64,000 nt of DNA, from assembly GCA_030153785.1 (NCBI GenBank), contig JASKLF010000003.1, forward strand, positions 93,645 to 157,644, written 5' to 3'. The notes under the pieces were generated by a model. It saw only the letters and a program-made list of their open reading frames with translations, ran no database searches and had not been told where the DNA came from. This DNA comes from a bacterium. Lineage in GTDB: Bacteria > Synergistota > GBS-1. Below are positions 1 to 10,258 of the stretch, piece by piece (position 1 is the stretch's first letter; every line of letters starts with the position of its first letter). A program made the translations under genes and the position numbers.

Positions 1-1059
<1,059 letters not shown>

Positions 1060-1060
1060 C

Positions 1061-1909
1061 TTATATCTCCCCCTTACGACGACGCTTTCTTATTTCTTCT
1101 TCCTCTTCTTCAATATCCTCCTCAAGTTCATCAAAAACATCTGCATACTTCTCTAAAAGCTCTTCTTTCATATTTATTTCTTCCTCTTCCTGGGCCTCTT
1201 CGCTTTCTGAAACCTCCCTCATCTGAACTCCTTGCTTGCCCTCTAAAACCGCATCAGCAATGATACTCGTGATCAGCTTTATAGACCTTATCGCATCATC
1301 ATTTGCCGGGATAGGAAAGTCTATGGGATCAGGGTCACAGTTGGTATCAACAATAGCGACTACTGGAATTTCAAGTTTGTTCGCTTCTAAAACAGCTATC
1401 TTCTCCTTGCGAGAATCAATGACAAAAAGAACATCGGGAAGGTCTGTCATCCCCTTGATACCGCCAAGATATCTTTCAAGCTTACCTTTTTCCCTCTGTA
1501 ACCTTACCACTTCCTTTTTAGGGAGGACATCAAACATTCCTTCCTCTTCCATTCTCTCAAGCTCTTTAAGTCTTTCAATCCTTTTCTTGATAGTTCTAAA
1601 GTTGGTCAGAAGACCACCCAACCACCGTTGATTAACATAAAACATCTCACATCTTTCAGCTTCAGATTTTACAACATCCTGCGCCTGCCGCTTAGTTCCA
1701 ACGAAAAGCACTGTTCCTCCATTCATAACCTGCTCTTTAACGAAATTATAAGCCTCTTCAATCTTCTTTAGGGTCTTTTGAAGATCAATAATGTAAATGC
1801 CATTTCTCTCGGTAAAGATATACTCTTTCATTTTTGGGTTCCAACGCTTTGTCTGGTGCCCAAAGTGAACACCTGCTTCAAGAAGTTGCTTCATACTAAC
1901 AACAGCCAC
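1061..1909 (-). CDS. rpsB: 30S ribosomal protein S2 with acidic C-terminal tail
   Basis: [22 protein letters not shown] and [11 protein letters not shown]. Start moved from ORF-track 2038 to GTG at 1909 behind SD AAGGAGGG. Confidence 0.97.
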   Translation of the reverse strand: MAVVSMKQLLEAGVHFGHQTKRWNPKMKEYIFTERNGIYIIDLQKTLKKIEEAYNFVKEQVMNGGTVLFVGTKRQAQDVVKSEAERCEMFYVNQRWLGGLLTNFRTIKKRIERLKELERMEEEGMFDVLPKKEVVRLQREKGKLERYLGGIKGMTDLPDVLFVIDSRKEKIAVLEANKLEIPVVAIVDTNCDPDPIDFPIPANDDAIRSIKLITSIIADAVLEGKQGVQMREVSESEEAQEEEEINMKEELLEKYADVFDELEEDIEEEEEEIRKRRRKGEI

Positions 1910-1924
1910 CCACTCATCCCTCCT

Positions 1925-2012
1925 TAACCTTTTGGTTTTATCTCCTCCATACCCTTCAGCGAGAAGAAGAACCCACTTTAAGGCACCCCTTCTTCTCTCC
2001 AGGTATGTGCGA
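1925..2012 (-). ncRNA. rpsB 5' leader (S2 autoregulatory structure)
   Basis: Nested stems: CATACC/GGTATG (2002-2007 with 1948-1953) and GAGAAGAAG/CTTCTTCTC (1989-1997 with 1961-1969). A GGGGTG loop, GGAGG and a downstream AAACC resemble known rpsB leaders. Confidence 0.65.
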
Positions 2013-2028
2013 TTTACAAGCTCTTTGA

Positions 2029-2037
2029 AGTATATCA
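2029..2037 (-). promoter_or_regulatory. Extended -10 promoter element for rpsB-tsf-pyrH (TGnTATACT)
   Basis: TGATATACT immediately upstream of the leader; the TGA is the hldD stop codon. Confidence 0.6.
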
Positions 2038-2985
2038 TAAACTTTCCAGAAAATCAAAATACTCCCTTATACCACTTTCAAGAGTTGTAAACTCTTCGCT
2101 ATAACCAGCTTCCTCTCTCAAAAGCGTTAAATCAGCTTCAGTAAAGCTTTGATATTTACCTTTAAGCTCTTTGGGAAAAGGAATATATTCAAACCTACCG
2201 CTCCCGTTTAGCTCTATTAATATCTTAACTACATCATTGAAACTTCGGGAAACCCCCGTTCCACAGTTAAATATCCCTCCCACCTCTCTTTCAAAGAGAA
2301 ACAAATTAACCTTAACCACATCTTTAACGTAAATAAAATCTCTTCTTTGTTCTCCAGGCTCGTATCCATCGCTTTCACCAAAAAGCCTTATTACACCACT
2401 TTCCTTAAGCTGCCTATAAAACTGATATATTACCGAAGACATTTTTCCTTTATGAGACTCTTTAGGACCATAAACGTTAAAATACCTCAAACCTGTAACT
2501 TGAGAAAAAACGCCCTTTTGGAAAACTTTTCTAACATATCTATCAAATAAGTATTTAGAAAATCCATAAGGATTCAATGGATTCTCGCATTCCGGACTTT
2601 CTCTAAAACCCTTCCTGCCATCGCCATAAACGGCAGCAGAGGAGGCGTATATAAAGGGAATCCTTCTATCGATAGCATAGTTTAACAATCTGACACTGTA
2701 TCTATAATTATTCTCTAAAAGATACTTCACATCATAACAAGTGGTATCGGTACAAGCCCCCTGATGAAAAATAGCCTCAATACTTTTCCCAAACTCTCCC
2801 CTTTCCAATCTCTCAATGAATTCGTCCTTTTCCATATAATCACCAAATTCCAAGCCAAGCAAATTTTTCCACTTCTCCGGCTTCGACATAGAATCGACAA
2901 TCAAGATATCATCGAAACCTTTCTCGTTAAGCCCTTTAACAAGGTTGCTACCTACAAACCCTGCTCCTCCCGTGACGACTATCAT
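2035..2985 (-). CDS. hldD: ADP-L-glycero-D-manno-heptose 6-epimerase
   Basis: [54 protein letters not shown]. Confidence 0.96.
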   Translation of the reverse strand: MIVVTGGAGFVGSNLVKGLNEKGFDDILIVDSMSKPEKWKNLLGLEFGDYMEKDEFIERLERGEFGKSIEAIFHQGACTDTTCYDVKYLLENNYRYSVRLLNYAIDRRIPFIYASSAAVYGDGRKGFRESPECENPLNPYGFSKYLFDRYVRKVFQKGVFSQVTGLRYFNVYGPKESHKGKMSSVIYQFYRQLKESGVIRLFGESDGYEPGEQRRDFIYVKDVVKVNLFLFEREVGGIFNCGTGVSRSFNDVVKILIELNGSGRFEYIPFPKELKGKYQSFTEADLTLLREEAGYSEEFTTLESGIREYFDFLESL

Positions 2986-4418
2986 TCTTTCCCCTCCAAT
3001 ATCTTCTTTATAAGAGAAGTAGTAGAATAACCTTTAAACAGGGGGACGATGTGAACTTCACGAGCATACTCCCTTCCGACAACATCCTCTATTTTATAAT
3101 CTCCCCCCTTAACAAGAACATCAGGTCTTATAAGGCTTATCAGCCTTTCAGGCGTATCTTCATTAAATATAACGACACAGTCCACGAACTCCAAAGCAGC
3201 AAGCATCCTAGCTCTGTCCTCTTGTGGAATAAGCGGACGCCCCTTTCCTTTAAGTCTCCTCACGGAATCGTCAGAATTTAAACCGACTATTAGTTTATCT
3301 CCTTTCCTTTTCGCTTCTTCAAGGGAATATATGTGCCCCACATGAAGTAAGTCAAAACACCCGTTGGTAAATACTATCTTTAATCCATCCTTTCTCCACC
3401 TTCTCACAAGCTCTATCGCTTCATCAAAATTCCTTATTTTAGATTCGACACTTAACCCGGATTCTGAATTCCTTAAAGCCTCGTTAAGCTCGGAGAGAGT
3501 TATAGGAGCGGTCCCAACTTTGCCGACTACTACTCCAGCAGCAATATTGGAAATTTTCGCAGCATCTATTAATCTCACTCCAGTAGCTACACAGGCAGCT
3601 AAGGTAGCCACCACCGTATCACCCGCACCAGAAACATCAAAAACCTCTTTAGCCTTTGTAGGAATATGGTAAAAGGCCTTCTCCTCAAACAAAGTCATAC
3701 CCTTTTCGGAGCGAGTAACAAGAAGGTTCTGCAAGTTATATCTTTCCTTAACAGCAAAACCTGCCTTCTCTATCTCCTCATCAAGGTTATGAAGAGCTCT
3801 CCCGTAAGCTTCTCCAAGCTCTTTAACATTAGGAGTAACTATAAACGCCTCTTCGTATTTTCTCCAATCGGGCCCCTTGGGGTCAACTATCACAGGAAGA
3901 GCTTTCCTTTTAGATTCTTCTATAACGAAACGACACAAGCTTGGAGTGCAAAATCCCTTGCCATAATCAGATATGACAACACACCGTGCATCTTCTACCT
4001 CCTTAAGAAACCACTCTAAAACCAAGTCCTCCTCCACTCTCGATAGCGGAGATATCTCCTCGAAATCAACCCTTACAACTTGCTGTTTGCCACCGAGAAT
4101 TCTAACTTTCGTTATAGTAGGATGAGGCCGAGATATTAAACCCGATATATCGATACCTTTATTGCTTAAAAGGTCCTTAAGCAAAAAGGAGGACTGGTCT
4201 TTCCCAATGGCACCTGCTAAAAAAACCTTACAGCCAAGATTAGCAAGGTTAACTGCAACATTTCCGGCTCCACCAGGAGAAAGCTTCTCTTCACAAACCT
4301 TAACCACGGGAACAGGAGCTTCAGGGGAAATTCTACTGACCTCACCATAATAGTACCTATCAAGCATAACATCACCGATAACTAAAACCTTAGCGATAAA
4401 GGGAGATAAACTATCCAT
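2982..4418 (-). CDS. hldE: Bifunctional heptose-7-phosphate kinase / heptose-1-phosphate adenylyltransferase
   Basis: [18 protein letters not shown] and DVSGAGDTV (PfkB) plus [13 protein letters not shown] (cytidylyltransferase-like). Confidence 0.97.
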   Translation of the reverse strand: MDSLSPFIAKVLVIGDVMLDRYYYGEVSRISPEAPVPVVKVCEEKLSPGGAGNVAVNLANLGCKVFLAGAIGKDQSSFLLKDLLSNKGIDISGLISRPHPTITKVRILGGKQQVVRVDFEEISPLSRVEEDLVLEWFLKEVEDARCVVISDYGKGFCTPSLCRFVIEESKRKALPVIVDPKGPDWRKYEEAFIVTPNVKELGEAYGRALHNLDEEIEKAGFAVKERYNLQNLLVTRSEKGMTLFEEKAFYHIPTKAKEVFDVSGAGDTVVATLAACVATGVRLIDAAKISNIAAGVVVGKVGTAPITLSELNEALRNSESGLSVESKIRNFDEAIELVRRWRKDGLKIVFTNGCFDLLHVGHIYSLEEAKRKGDKLIVGLNSDDSVRRLKGKGRPLIPQEDRARMLAALEFVDCVVIFNEDTPERLISLIRPDVLVKGGDYKIEDVVGREYAREVHIVPLFKGYSTTSLIKKILEGKE

Positions 4419-4998
4419 AGAGAGCCTTTTCTACCTCCTCACAAACTATATGGCCTATAAAAATGTGAGTCTCCTGAATCCGAGGGGTAGAGTCTGAGGG
4501 GACAACTATAGATATATCGCATAAATCTTTCAGCACCCCTCCCCCCTTACCCAAAAGCCCTACAACCTTAACTCCCTTATCTTTTGCTTTCAAAACTGCC
4601 TTTATAACGTTCTGGCTATTTCCTGATGTAGATATGGCGACAAGTAAATCGCCTTCTCCCAGCAAGGCGTCAACCTGACGCGAAAAAATCTCCTCAAAAC
4701 CATAATCATTTCCCAAAGCCGTTAAGATTGATGTATCTGTAGTTAACGCTATTGCTGGAAGAGGAGCTCTCTCTTTAGCAAACCTTCCAACAAATTCTGC
4801 AGCTAAATGCTGACTATCGGCTGCACTTCCTCCGTTCCCGATAAAAGCAACTTTACCTCCATTCTTTAATGTGCTTAATGCAAGTTCAATAAAACCCGTT
4901 ATCTGAGAATAGCATCTTTCGAACGTCTCCTTAACCACAGTTAAATGCTCTTCTAAACCCTTTCTCACGGAAATATTCACCCCATTTAATTCTACCAC
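4411..4998 (-). CDS. gmhA: Sedoheptulose-7-phosphate isomerase
   Basis: [29 protein letters not shown]. Confidence 0.97.
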   Translation of the reverse strand: MVELNGVNISVRKGLEEHLTVVKETFERCYSQITGFIELALSTLKNGGKVAFIGNGGSAADSQHLAAEFVGRFAKERAPLPAIALTTDTSILTALGNDYGFEEIFSRQVDALLGEGDLLVAISTSGNSQNVIKAVLKAKDKGVKVVGLLGKGGGVLKDLCDISIVVPSDSTPRIQETHIFIGHIVCEEVEKALYG

Positions 4999-5007
4999 AT
5001 TTAATGA

Positions 5008-5589
5008 CTACTTCCTCTTAGGCCAAAATAGCCTTTTAAGAAATTCTACCTTCCTAACCCCTCCGTTCGCCGGCACAGGCATTCCTACTTTAACCTCTCT
5101 AACATCCTCAATAGTATAAAAAGCTTGAGGACTAAGCTGATTAACCAGCTTAAGAAACTTTTTTATTTTCTTCCTTTCCAAGACAGCGAAGATGATAACC
5201 ACAGGACCATCTTTCCCTCTGGCATCAACCGTGGTTATGGCAAAACCTTCACCTCTCAAAGCATCGACTAAAAGGTGGGGGTCTTGACGGGTTATAACCC
5301 TTACAATCACACTCCCAAGAGCAAGCCTACCTTCAAGAACCAATCCTACATAATTACCACAAGCAAATCCACCAGCAAAAGCAACATAGTACAACGGATT
5401 TTCCATATGACTTATTATCTGAGCGGTTACCACTAACCACAGAAAAGATTCGAAAAACCCTATAAGGCTTGCCTCCAAACGATGCCCCTTTGAAAGTAAA
5501 ATTATTCGGATCGTCCCAAGGCTCACATCCAATATTCTGGCTAAAAATATCAAAATAGCAGTTTCAATAACGCCTAAGGAGCCTATCAT
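5008..5589 (-). CDS. UPF0316/DUF2179-type membrane protein
   Basis: IFLARILDVSLGTIR and AGGFACGNYVG; N-terminal TM helices plus soluble C-domain. Confidence 0.8.
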   Translation of the reverse strand: MIGSLGVIETAILIFLARILDVSLGTIRIILLSKGHRLEASLIGFFESFLWLVVTAQIISHMENPLYYVAFAGGFACGNYVGLVLEGRLALGSVIVRVITRQDPHLLVDALRGEGFAITTVDARGKDGPVVIIFAVLERKKIKKFLKLVNQLSPQAFYTIEDVREVKVGMPVPANGGVRKVEFLKRLFWPKRK

Positions 5590-5622
5590 AACCGGCGGTC
5601 AATGATAGCACAAAGATAAGCA

Positions 5623-5661
5623 CAAATCAATGGGGGTGCCCCTTTTCCAGGAGCACCCCCA
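5623..5661 (-). terminator. Intrinsic terminator after fliC
   Basis: Minus strand TGGGGGTGCTCCT-GGAAA-AGGGGCACCCCCA followed by TTGATTTG. Confidence 0.8.
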
Positions 5662-5693
5662 CCACAAAAGGCATTTATCCAGTTTTCTTATTG

Positions 5694-8198
5694 CTATCTT
5701 AAAAGCTGTAAAACCGATTGAGGTAGCTGATTCGCCTGAGCGAGCATCGCTGTTCCAGATTGATGAAGTATCTGAAGCCTTACAAACTCCATCATCTCCT
5801 GAGCTATATCGGCATCTCTTATCCTTGACTCGGCTGCCTGAACGTTGACTTCCATTATATCCAAGTTCTTTATCGTATGCTCCAACCTGTTTTGAAAAGC
5901 ACCAAGTTTAGAACGCGCGGTGGAAACCTGCTCTAAAGCCTTGGTAGCCTTTTCGATAGCAAGCTCCGCCTCTTCTCTCGTTAGAACAGTCAGATCAGCT
6001 ATTCCAAGACCATCGGTGTTTAAGGAATCGATATCAATCCTCATAAGCTCATTTTCATTGGGGCCAATGTGAAGAAATAAAGTTCCTGAAGCATCAACCC
6101 TTATATCGGCTTCCTCCCACCTTTCCCCATCTATGTCGAAGGAAAGACCCAAAGGCATCAATGTGTAGTTCACATTTGTAGGCGTGTAGTATTTATAATC
6201 CTTCACTTTCTTCTCAAGAACTACATGGGAGCCTCTTCCCTCTATTATCAAGGTATCAGGACTATTTATATCGTAGGAATTTCCATTCTCATCTTTTGAC
6301 GGCACCCTTACCTTCACATTGGTTCCAGAAGAAGCAATGGTTCCCTCCTCTATACCCTCTGTGGCGTTACTCAAACCCAGCCAGCTGAGTAAAGAGGTGT
6401 TACCTTCTACAATGATCTTGTTTGAAGAGTCGCCAGCTGCCTGAATCAAGAAAAGGTAATTGTCTCCATCAACATCTCTATTGTACGCTTTAACATTGGT
6501 ATAAGCAGAAAGATTATTTATCTTCTTTATAACATCTGAAAGCGTATCAGAGCTATCTATGTCTATTCTAACCCCATTTATATATATGGCTCCCGTAGTG
6601 CCTGCGCTTCCCGTTACAATGTCTCCACCCATAACCCATCTTCTCGGTTCATAGCGAGTATCATCATGAGCCCAATGAGTTTTAAAGCCCAACCTCTCAA
6701 GAACCGTGTTGGTATAACCACCCACCATATCTTTATCTTCAAGTTCTATCTTTGTGCCCGCAGATGCCGTCAAAGTAAGGTAAGCGCGATAGTCTCCTCC
6801 ACCAGCGTCATAAGTAGTTAACCCAGCAGTCACACCTGTTTCAGATGTCTTCGCATTTATAGCATTAACCACATCGTTAAGATCAAAGTCGTCAGCATTC
6901 CCATCACCATCAAGATCCTGAGTGGTTACGTTTATTTCAACGCCATTTATATAAAAAGTATAAGTAGTACCGGTAGCACCGGTAGTATTATCAAAGTCTA
7001 TGAACCTATTGGGATTTGTGTTATCCACATTTACATCAAAGCCGCTCATTTCCATTTGAGTTTGACTTACCTTTGTAGTATTAAAGCCTATAGCTTGAAG
7101 ATCAAGGTCATATCTCGTAAGACCAAAAAGGGTTTCTGCATCTTCTTCCAGAACCACATTTCGCTCGGAACCTTGAGCAGTTATTCTTATATAAAGCTTT
7201 CCACCTATATTAACAAGCTCAGCCCATACTTCCCCCCCCATCTGGGTGTTTATTTCATTAACCACATCTTGCCAAGTAGTCGCACCGCTCAAGTCCACTA
7301 TTGTCCCATTTATCTTAATAAGACCATCCCCTACAAAAGCTGGTCCAGTTCCAGAAAGCTCATTACTTAAGACGCTTGGAACCGCACCAAAGCCAAGGTC
7401 TTGAAGAAGGGCCTGGCTACCAGATAATATTATTTTTTCCTCAGAGCCCTCTTCTGTCTGAACAAGCTTCAAGTGTCCATTAACTCTTTCCGCCTTAACA
7501 CCGGTATTGTGAGTCTTTTCATTGATCTTGTCTATAACATATTGCAGTTTATCTAAAGCAGCTGAAAATTCTGTAGAATTAAGATAGATAGCCACACCAT
7601 TAATCACTATTTCACCTGTGTGAATCCTATCGAGTATTGACACGTTTGTGACACCCGTTAGCTCAGCTCTACTTGCTTCCTGGTATATTTTGACTTTATA
7701 AGTCCCAGGTTGGGTAGAAGGAGAGGCCGTCATATTAGAAACGTAGGCATTTCCCCCTACCTGGTTTATTATGAAGGAGAGTTCACCCGTAAGAAGCTTC
7801 CTCGTGTTAAATTGAGCACTTTCGCCAATCCTATCTATTTCAGCCTTAAGCTGGTCAATCTCCTTTTGAATTTGTTCCCTATCATAAGAAGTGTAGGTAT
7901 CATTCGCCGCCTGAATAGCAAGCTCTCTCACCCTATGAAGTATCGCTTGAACCTCATCAAGCGCTCCCTCTGCCGTTTGGATCAGAGAAATGCCGTCCTG
8001 AGCATTTCTCGACGCTTGGTGGATACTCCTTATCTGGGAGCGCATCTTTTCTGAAATGGCCAAACCAGCAGCATCATCAGCCGCACGATTAATCCTTAAA
8101 CCTGAGGAAAGCTTTTCGAGGCTTTTCTGCAGTTGACCTGAGGTAATGGTCAACTGCCTATAGGCTTCCATGGCCGCGATATTGTGGTTTATTCTCAT
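5694..8198 (-). CDS. fliC: Flagellin, 834 aa, with very large variable region
   Basis: N-term MRINHNI..LSSGLRINRAADDAAGLAISEKMR; C-term RSKLGAFQNRLE..SRIRDAD..QANQLPQSVLQLLR. Confidence 0.98.
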   Translation of the reverse strand: MRINHNIAAMEAYRQLTITSGQLQKSLEKLSSGLRINRAADDAAGLAISEKMRSQIRSIHQASRNAQDGISLIQTAEGALDEVQAILHRVRELAIQAANDTYTSYDREQIQKEIDQLKAEIDRIGESAQFNTRKLLTGELSFIINQVGGNAYVSNMTASPSTQPGTYKVKIYQEASRAELTGVTNVSILDRIHTGEIVINGVAIYLNSTEFSAALDKLQYVIDKINEKTHNTGVKAERVNGHLKLVQTEEGSEEKIILSGSQALLQDLGFGAVPSVLSNELSGTGPAFVGDGLIKINGTIVDLSGATTWQDVVNEINTQMGGEVWAELVNIGGKLYIRITAQGSERNVVLEEDAETLFGLTRYDLDLQAIGFNTTKVSQTQMEMSGFDVNVDNTNPNRFIDFDNTTGATGTTYTFYINGVEINVTTQDLDGDGNADDFDLNDVVNAINAKTSETGVTAGLTTYDAGGGDYRAYLTLTASAGTKIELEDKDMVGGYTNTVLERLGFKTHWAHDDTRYEPRRWVMGGDIVTGSAGTTGAIYINGVRIDIDSSDTLSDVIKKINNLSAYTNVKAYNRDVDGDNYLFLIQAAGDSSNKIIVEGNTSLLSWLGLSNATEGIEEGTIASSGTNVKVRVPSKDENGNSYDINSPDTLIIEGRGSHVVLEKKVKDYKYYTPTNVNYTLMPLGLSFDIDGERWEEADIRVDASGTLFLHIGPNENELMRIDIDSLNTDGLGIADLTVLTREEAELAIEKATKALEQVSTARSKLGAFQNRLEHTIKNLDIMEVNVQAAESRIRDADIAQEMMEFVRLQILHQSGTAMLAQANQLPQSVLQLLR

Positions 8199-8200
8199 AA

Positions 8201-8264
8201 GTCCTCACCCCATCCCTGTAGTCTACCGCATCCATGCGTCAGATTTTTATCCTCATCCGTGAGG
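8201..8264 (-). promoter_or_regulatory. CsrA-binding ANGGA sites in fliC 5' UTR
   Basis: Hairpins CCTCA-CGGA-TGAGG (8251-8264) and CGCA-TGGA-TGCG (8227-8238), TACAGGGATG (8211-8220) and GAGGA next to the start; csrA and fliW are directly upstream. Confidence 0.8.
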
Positions 8265-8279
8265 ACCTTTCACTTATTC

Positions 8280-8307
8280 TTATCGGCAAGGGTGAGAACT
8301 TCCTTTA
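8280..8307 (-). promoter_or_regulatory. Sigma-28 (FliA/SigD) promoter of fliC
   Basis: TAAA-N16-GCCGATAA. Confidence 0.9.
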
Positions 8308-8313
8308 GAAATC

Positions 8314-8571
8314 TTATGTTTTTTTCTTCTTCATCTTTTCAAGTTCTTTTATCACACTTTCCTCAACCTTCTTCTCCACTTGGGCAGCCAGCTGAGCAGC
8401 AAGAATATTCTCCTTTATTATGGCCTCATATACCTCTTTCCTGTGAACAGGGATCCTCTTGGGAGCCTCTATACCTATCCTGACCTGGTCTCCTCTTATC
8501 TCCAAAATCTTAATCTCTATATCATCGCCTATCATTATGCTCTGGTTAACCTTGCGGCTCAAGACAAGCAC
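8314..8571 (-). CDS. csrA: Carbon storage regulator CsrA
   Basis: [35 protein letters not shown], with the C-terminal extension typical of FliW-regulated CsrA. Confidence 0.97.
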   Translation of the reverse strand: MLVLSRKVNQSIMIGDDIEIKILEIRGDQVRIGIEAPKRIPVHRKEVYEAIIKENILAAQLAAQVEKKVEESVIKELEKMKKKKT

Positions 8572-8574
8572 GAC

Positions 8575-9012
8575 TTAAGCCCCTCCTTCCTGCGGAAAAA
8601 GAGGATACCTGACCGGGTAATCTTCGTTTAACGCTATAACCTGTTTCCCCTTCCTATTCTTAACATTTATAACGATGGGAGCCTTAAGATTTACTGTGGC
8701 CGCTTTGGGGTTACCTGCGGGTATAACCATGACAAGAAACAGTACAGCATCGCTGGGCTCTTTAAGCTCTATCTCCTCTAAATCTGAATCGCTTATGTCC
8801 ACGCTGAAATTAGGAAAAACCTCAAAGGGGTTGAGTATCGGTAAAGCCACCGTAGGCTCATCTATCGACTGAAACCATCTTATAAGCTGGCCCTCCTCAC
8901 CCACAATAAAAAAGCGTTTAAGATCGGGAAGACCTATTAGCCCATGAGGCATGAAAACGATTTTATCCTCCGGAATATCCATCTCCCCAAAACGAAGGGT
9001 ATTGATCTTCAA
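8575..9012 (-). CDS. fliW: Flagellar assembly factor FliW
   Basis: INTLRFGE, GLIGL, WFQS, TVNLKAPIVIN..GKQVI. Confidence 0.95.
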   Translation of the reverse strand: MKINTLRFGEMDIPEDKIVFMPHGLIGLPDLKRFFIVGEEGQLIRWFQSIDEPTVALPILNPFEVFPNFSVDISDSDLEEIELKEPSDAVLFLVMVIPAGNPKAATVNLKAPIVINVKNRKGKQVIALNEDYPVRYPLFPQEGGA

Positions 9013-9037
9013 ACCCCATTCCTCCTCTTCTTAAAAA

Positions 9038-10258
9038 CTATTCAAGAAAATCTATAAGACTTGTTTGGACTATACGAGCACCGGTCCTTAATGCCGCTTG
9101 ATAAATAACTTGCTGATTGCTCAAGTTCATAACTACCTCGGCTATATCCACATCTTCTATCTTGGAAAGGAGAGATGTAAGCTGAATCTTATTATCTTCG
9201 AATCTACTCTGCGTTGCCTCAAGCCTGCTAACCTTAGCCCCTACCCTCGCTCTCATCCTAAGAAGGTGATCAAGATACGCGTCGAGCTCTTCAAGTCTCT
9301 CACCAGAAAGAGATGTGTTTCGGCTATATCGCAGGTCTTCACTTATCTTCTGTAAAATATCGAAAATGTCAAGGTTACCAACATAAACCATTTCCTCCCT
9401 CTTGTCTAACAGTCCCAAATCTTGCAAGACCGTCCCGACAGAGTCAGAAAGGCTTATATGCTCATTCGTCTTCGTTTGTATGACAAGCTTAAGTCCCACT
9501 CCCTCGGGAACCACATAGGCATTTACCTTTTCTCCTGCCCTTAAATTTATCCTATCCGCTATTATGGAAACATTAGCCCCGGCGGGAATATCTACCCTAA
9601 AGACGCTATCTCCAACCCTTAAAGTAAACTCTCCGGCACCAAAAATGGAAGATGCAAGATGCATATCGCTTTCTATCCTATATTCAATTCTCTGCGTTGC
9701 AAAAACCTGATTCCCCGGAATATTAACGACTATCTTTTCACCCGTTTCTATCTCCCACGCCATCTCTCCATCGTCACCCTGATAAATGGCAACGTTTCCA
9801 TCTCCAAGAGCGTAAGGTTTCTCCTGAGTTTGAAAGCCCGCAAATATATACCTACCGCCTAAAGATGTATTGGCTATCTGAAGAACCTCCTCTCTAAGCT
9901 TATCTATCTCATCAGCTATGGCGTCCCTGTCTACCTGAGTTAATGTGTCGTTAGCTCCCTGTATCACCCTCTCTCTAACCTTATGAACTATAGAAGTCAA
10001 CTGATCAAGGGCTGACTCCGTTGCGTTTAACCATGAAATGGCTTCATCCATGTTTTTGGAAAACTGCTCGTTTTCATTGAGAATTCTGTTAAGCCTGAGG
10101 CTTCTCACAGCGCCCACAGGGTCTTCTTCTGGCATGTCGAATTTCTTACCTGTCGAAGCTTGATGCTGAAGCTTCAGCAGTTTATCCCTATTCCCCATGA
10201 GATCCGTTAGAAAGACACTTGAGAAGACTTTATCGCTAACCCTCATTAAAGAGTTCAC
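9038..10258 (-). CDS. flgL: Hook-associated protein 3
   Basis: QASTGKK..DPV, ANTSLGGRYIFAG, YQAAL..SLIDFL. Confidence 0.95.
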   Translation of the reverse strand: MNSLMRVSDKVFSSVFLTDLMGNRDKLLKLQHQASTGKKFDMPEEDPVGAVRSLRLNRILNENEQFSKNMDEAISWLNATESALDQLTSIVHKVRERVIQGANDTLTQVDRDAIADEIDKLREEVLQIANTSLGGRYIFAGFQTQEKPYALGDGNVAIYQGDDGEMAWEIETGEKIVVNIPGNQVFATQRIEYRIESDMHLASSIFGAGEFTLRVGDSVFRVDIPAGANVSIIADRINLRAGEKVNAYVVPEGVGLKLVIQTKTNEHISLSDSVGTVLQDLGLLDKREEMVYVGNLDIFDILQKISEDLRYSRNTSLSGERLEELDAYLDHLLRMRARVGAKVSRLEATQSRFEDNKIQLTSLLSKIEDVDIAEVVMNLSNQQVIYQAALRTGARIVQTSLIDFLE

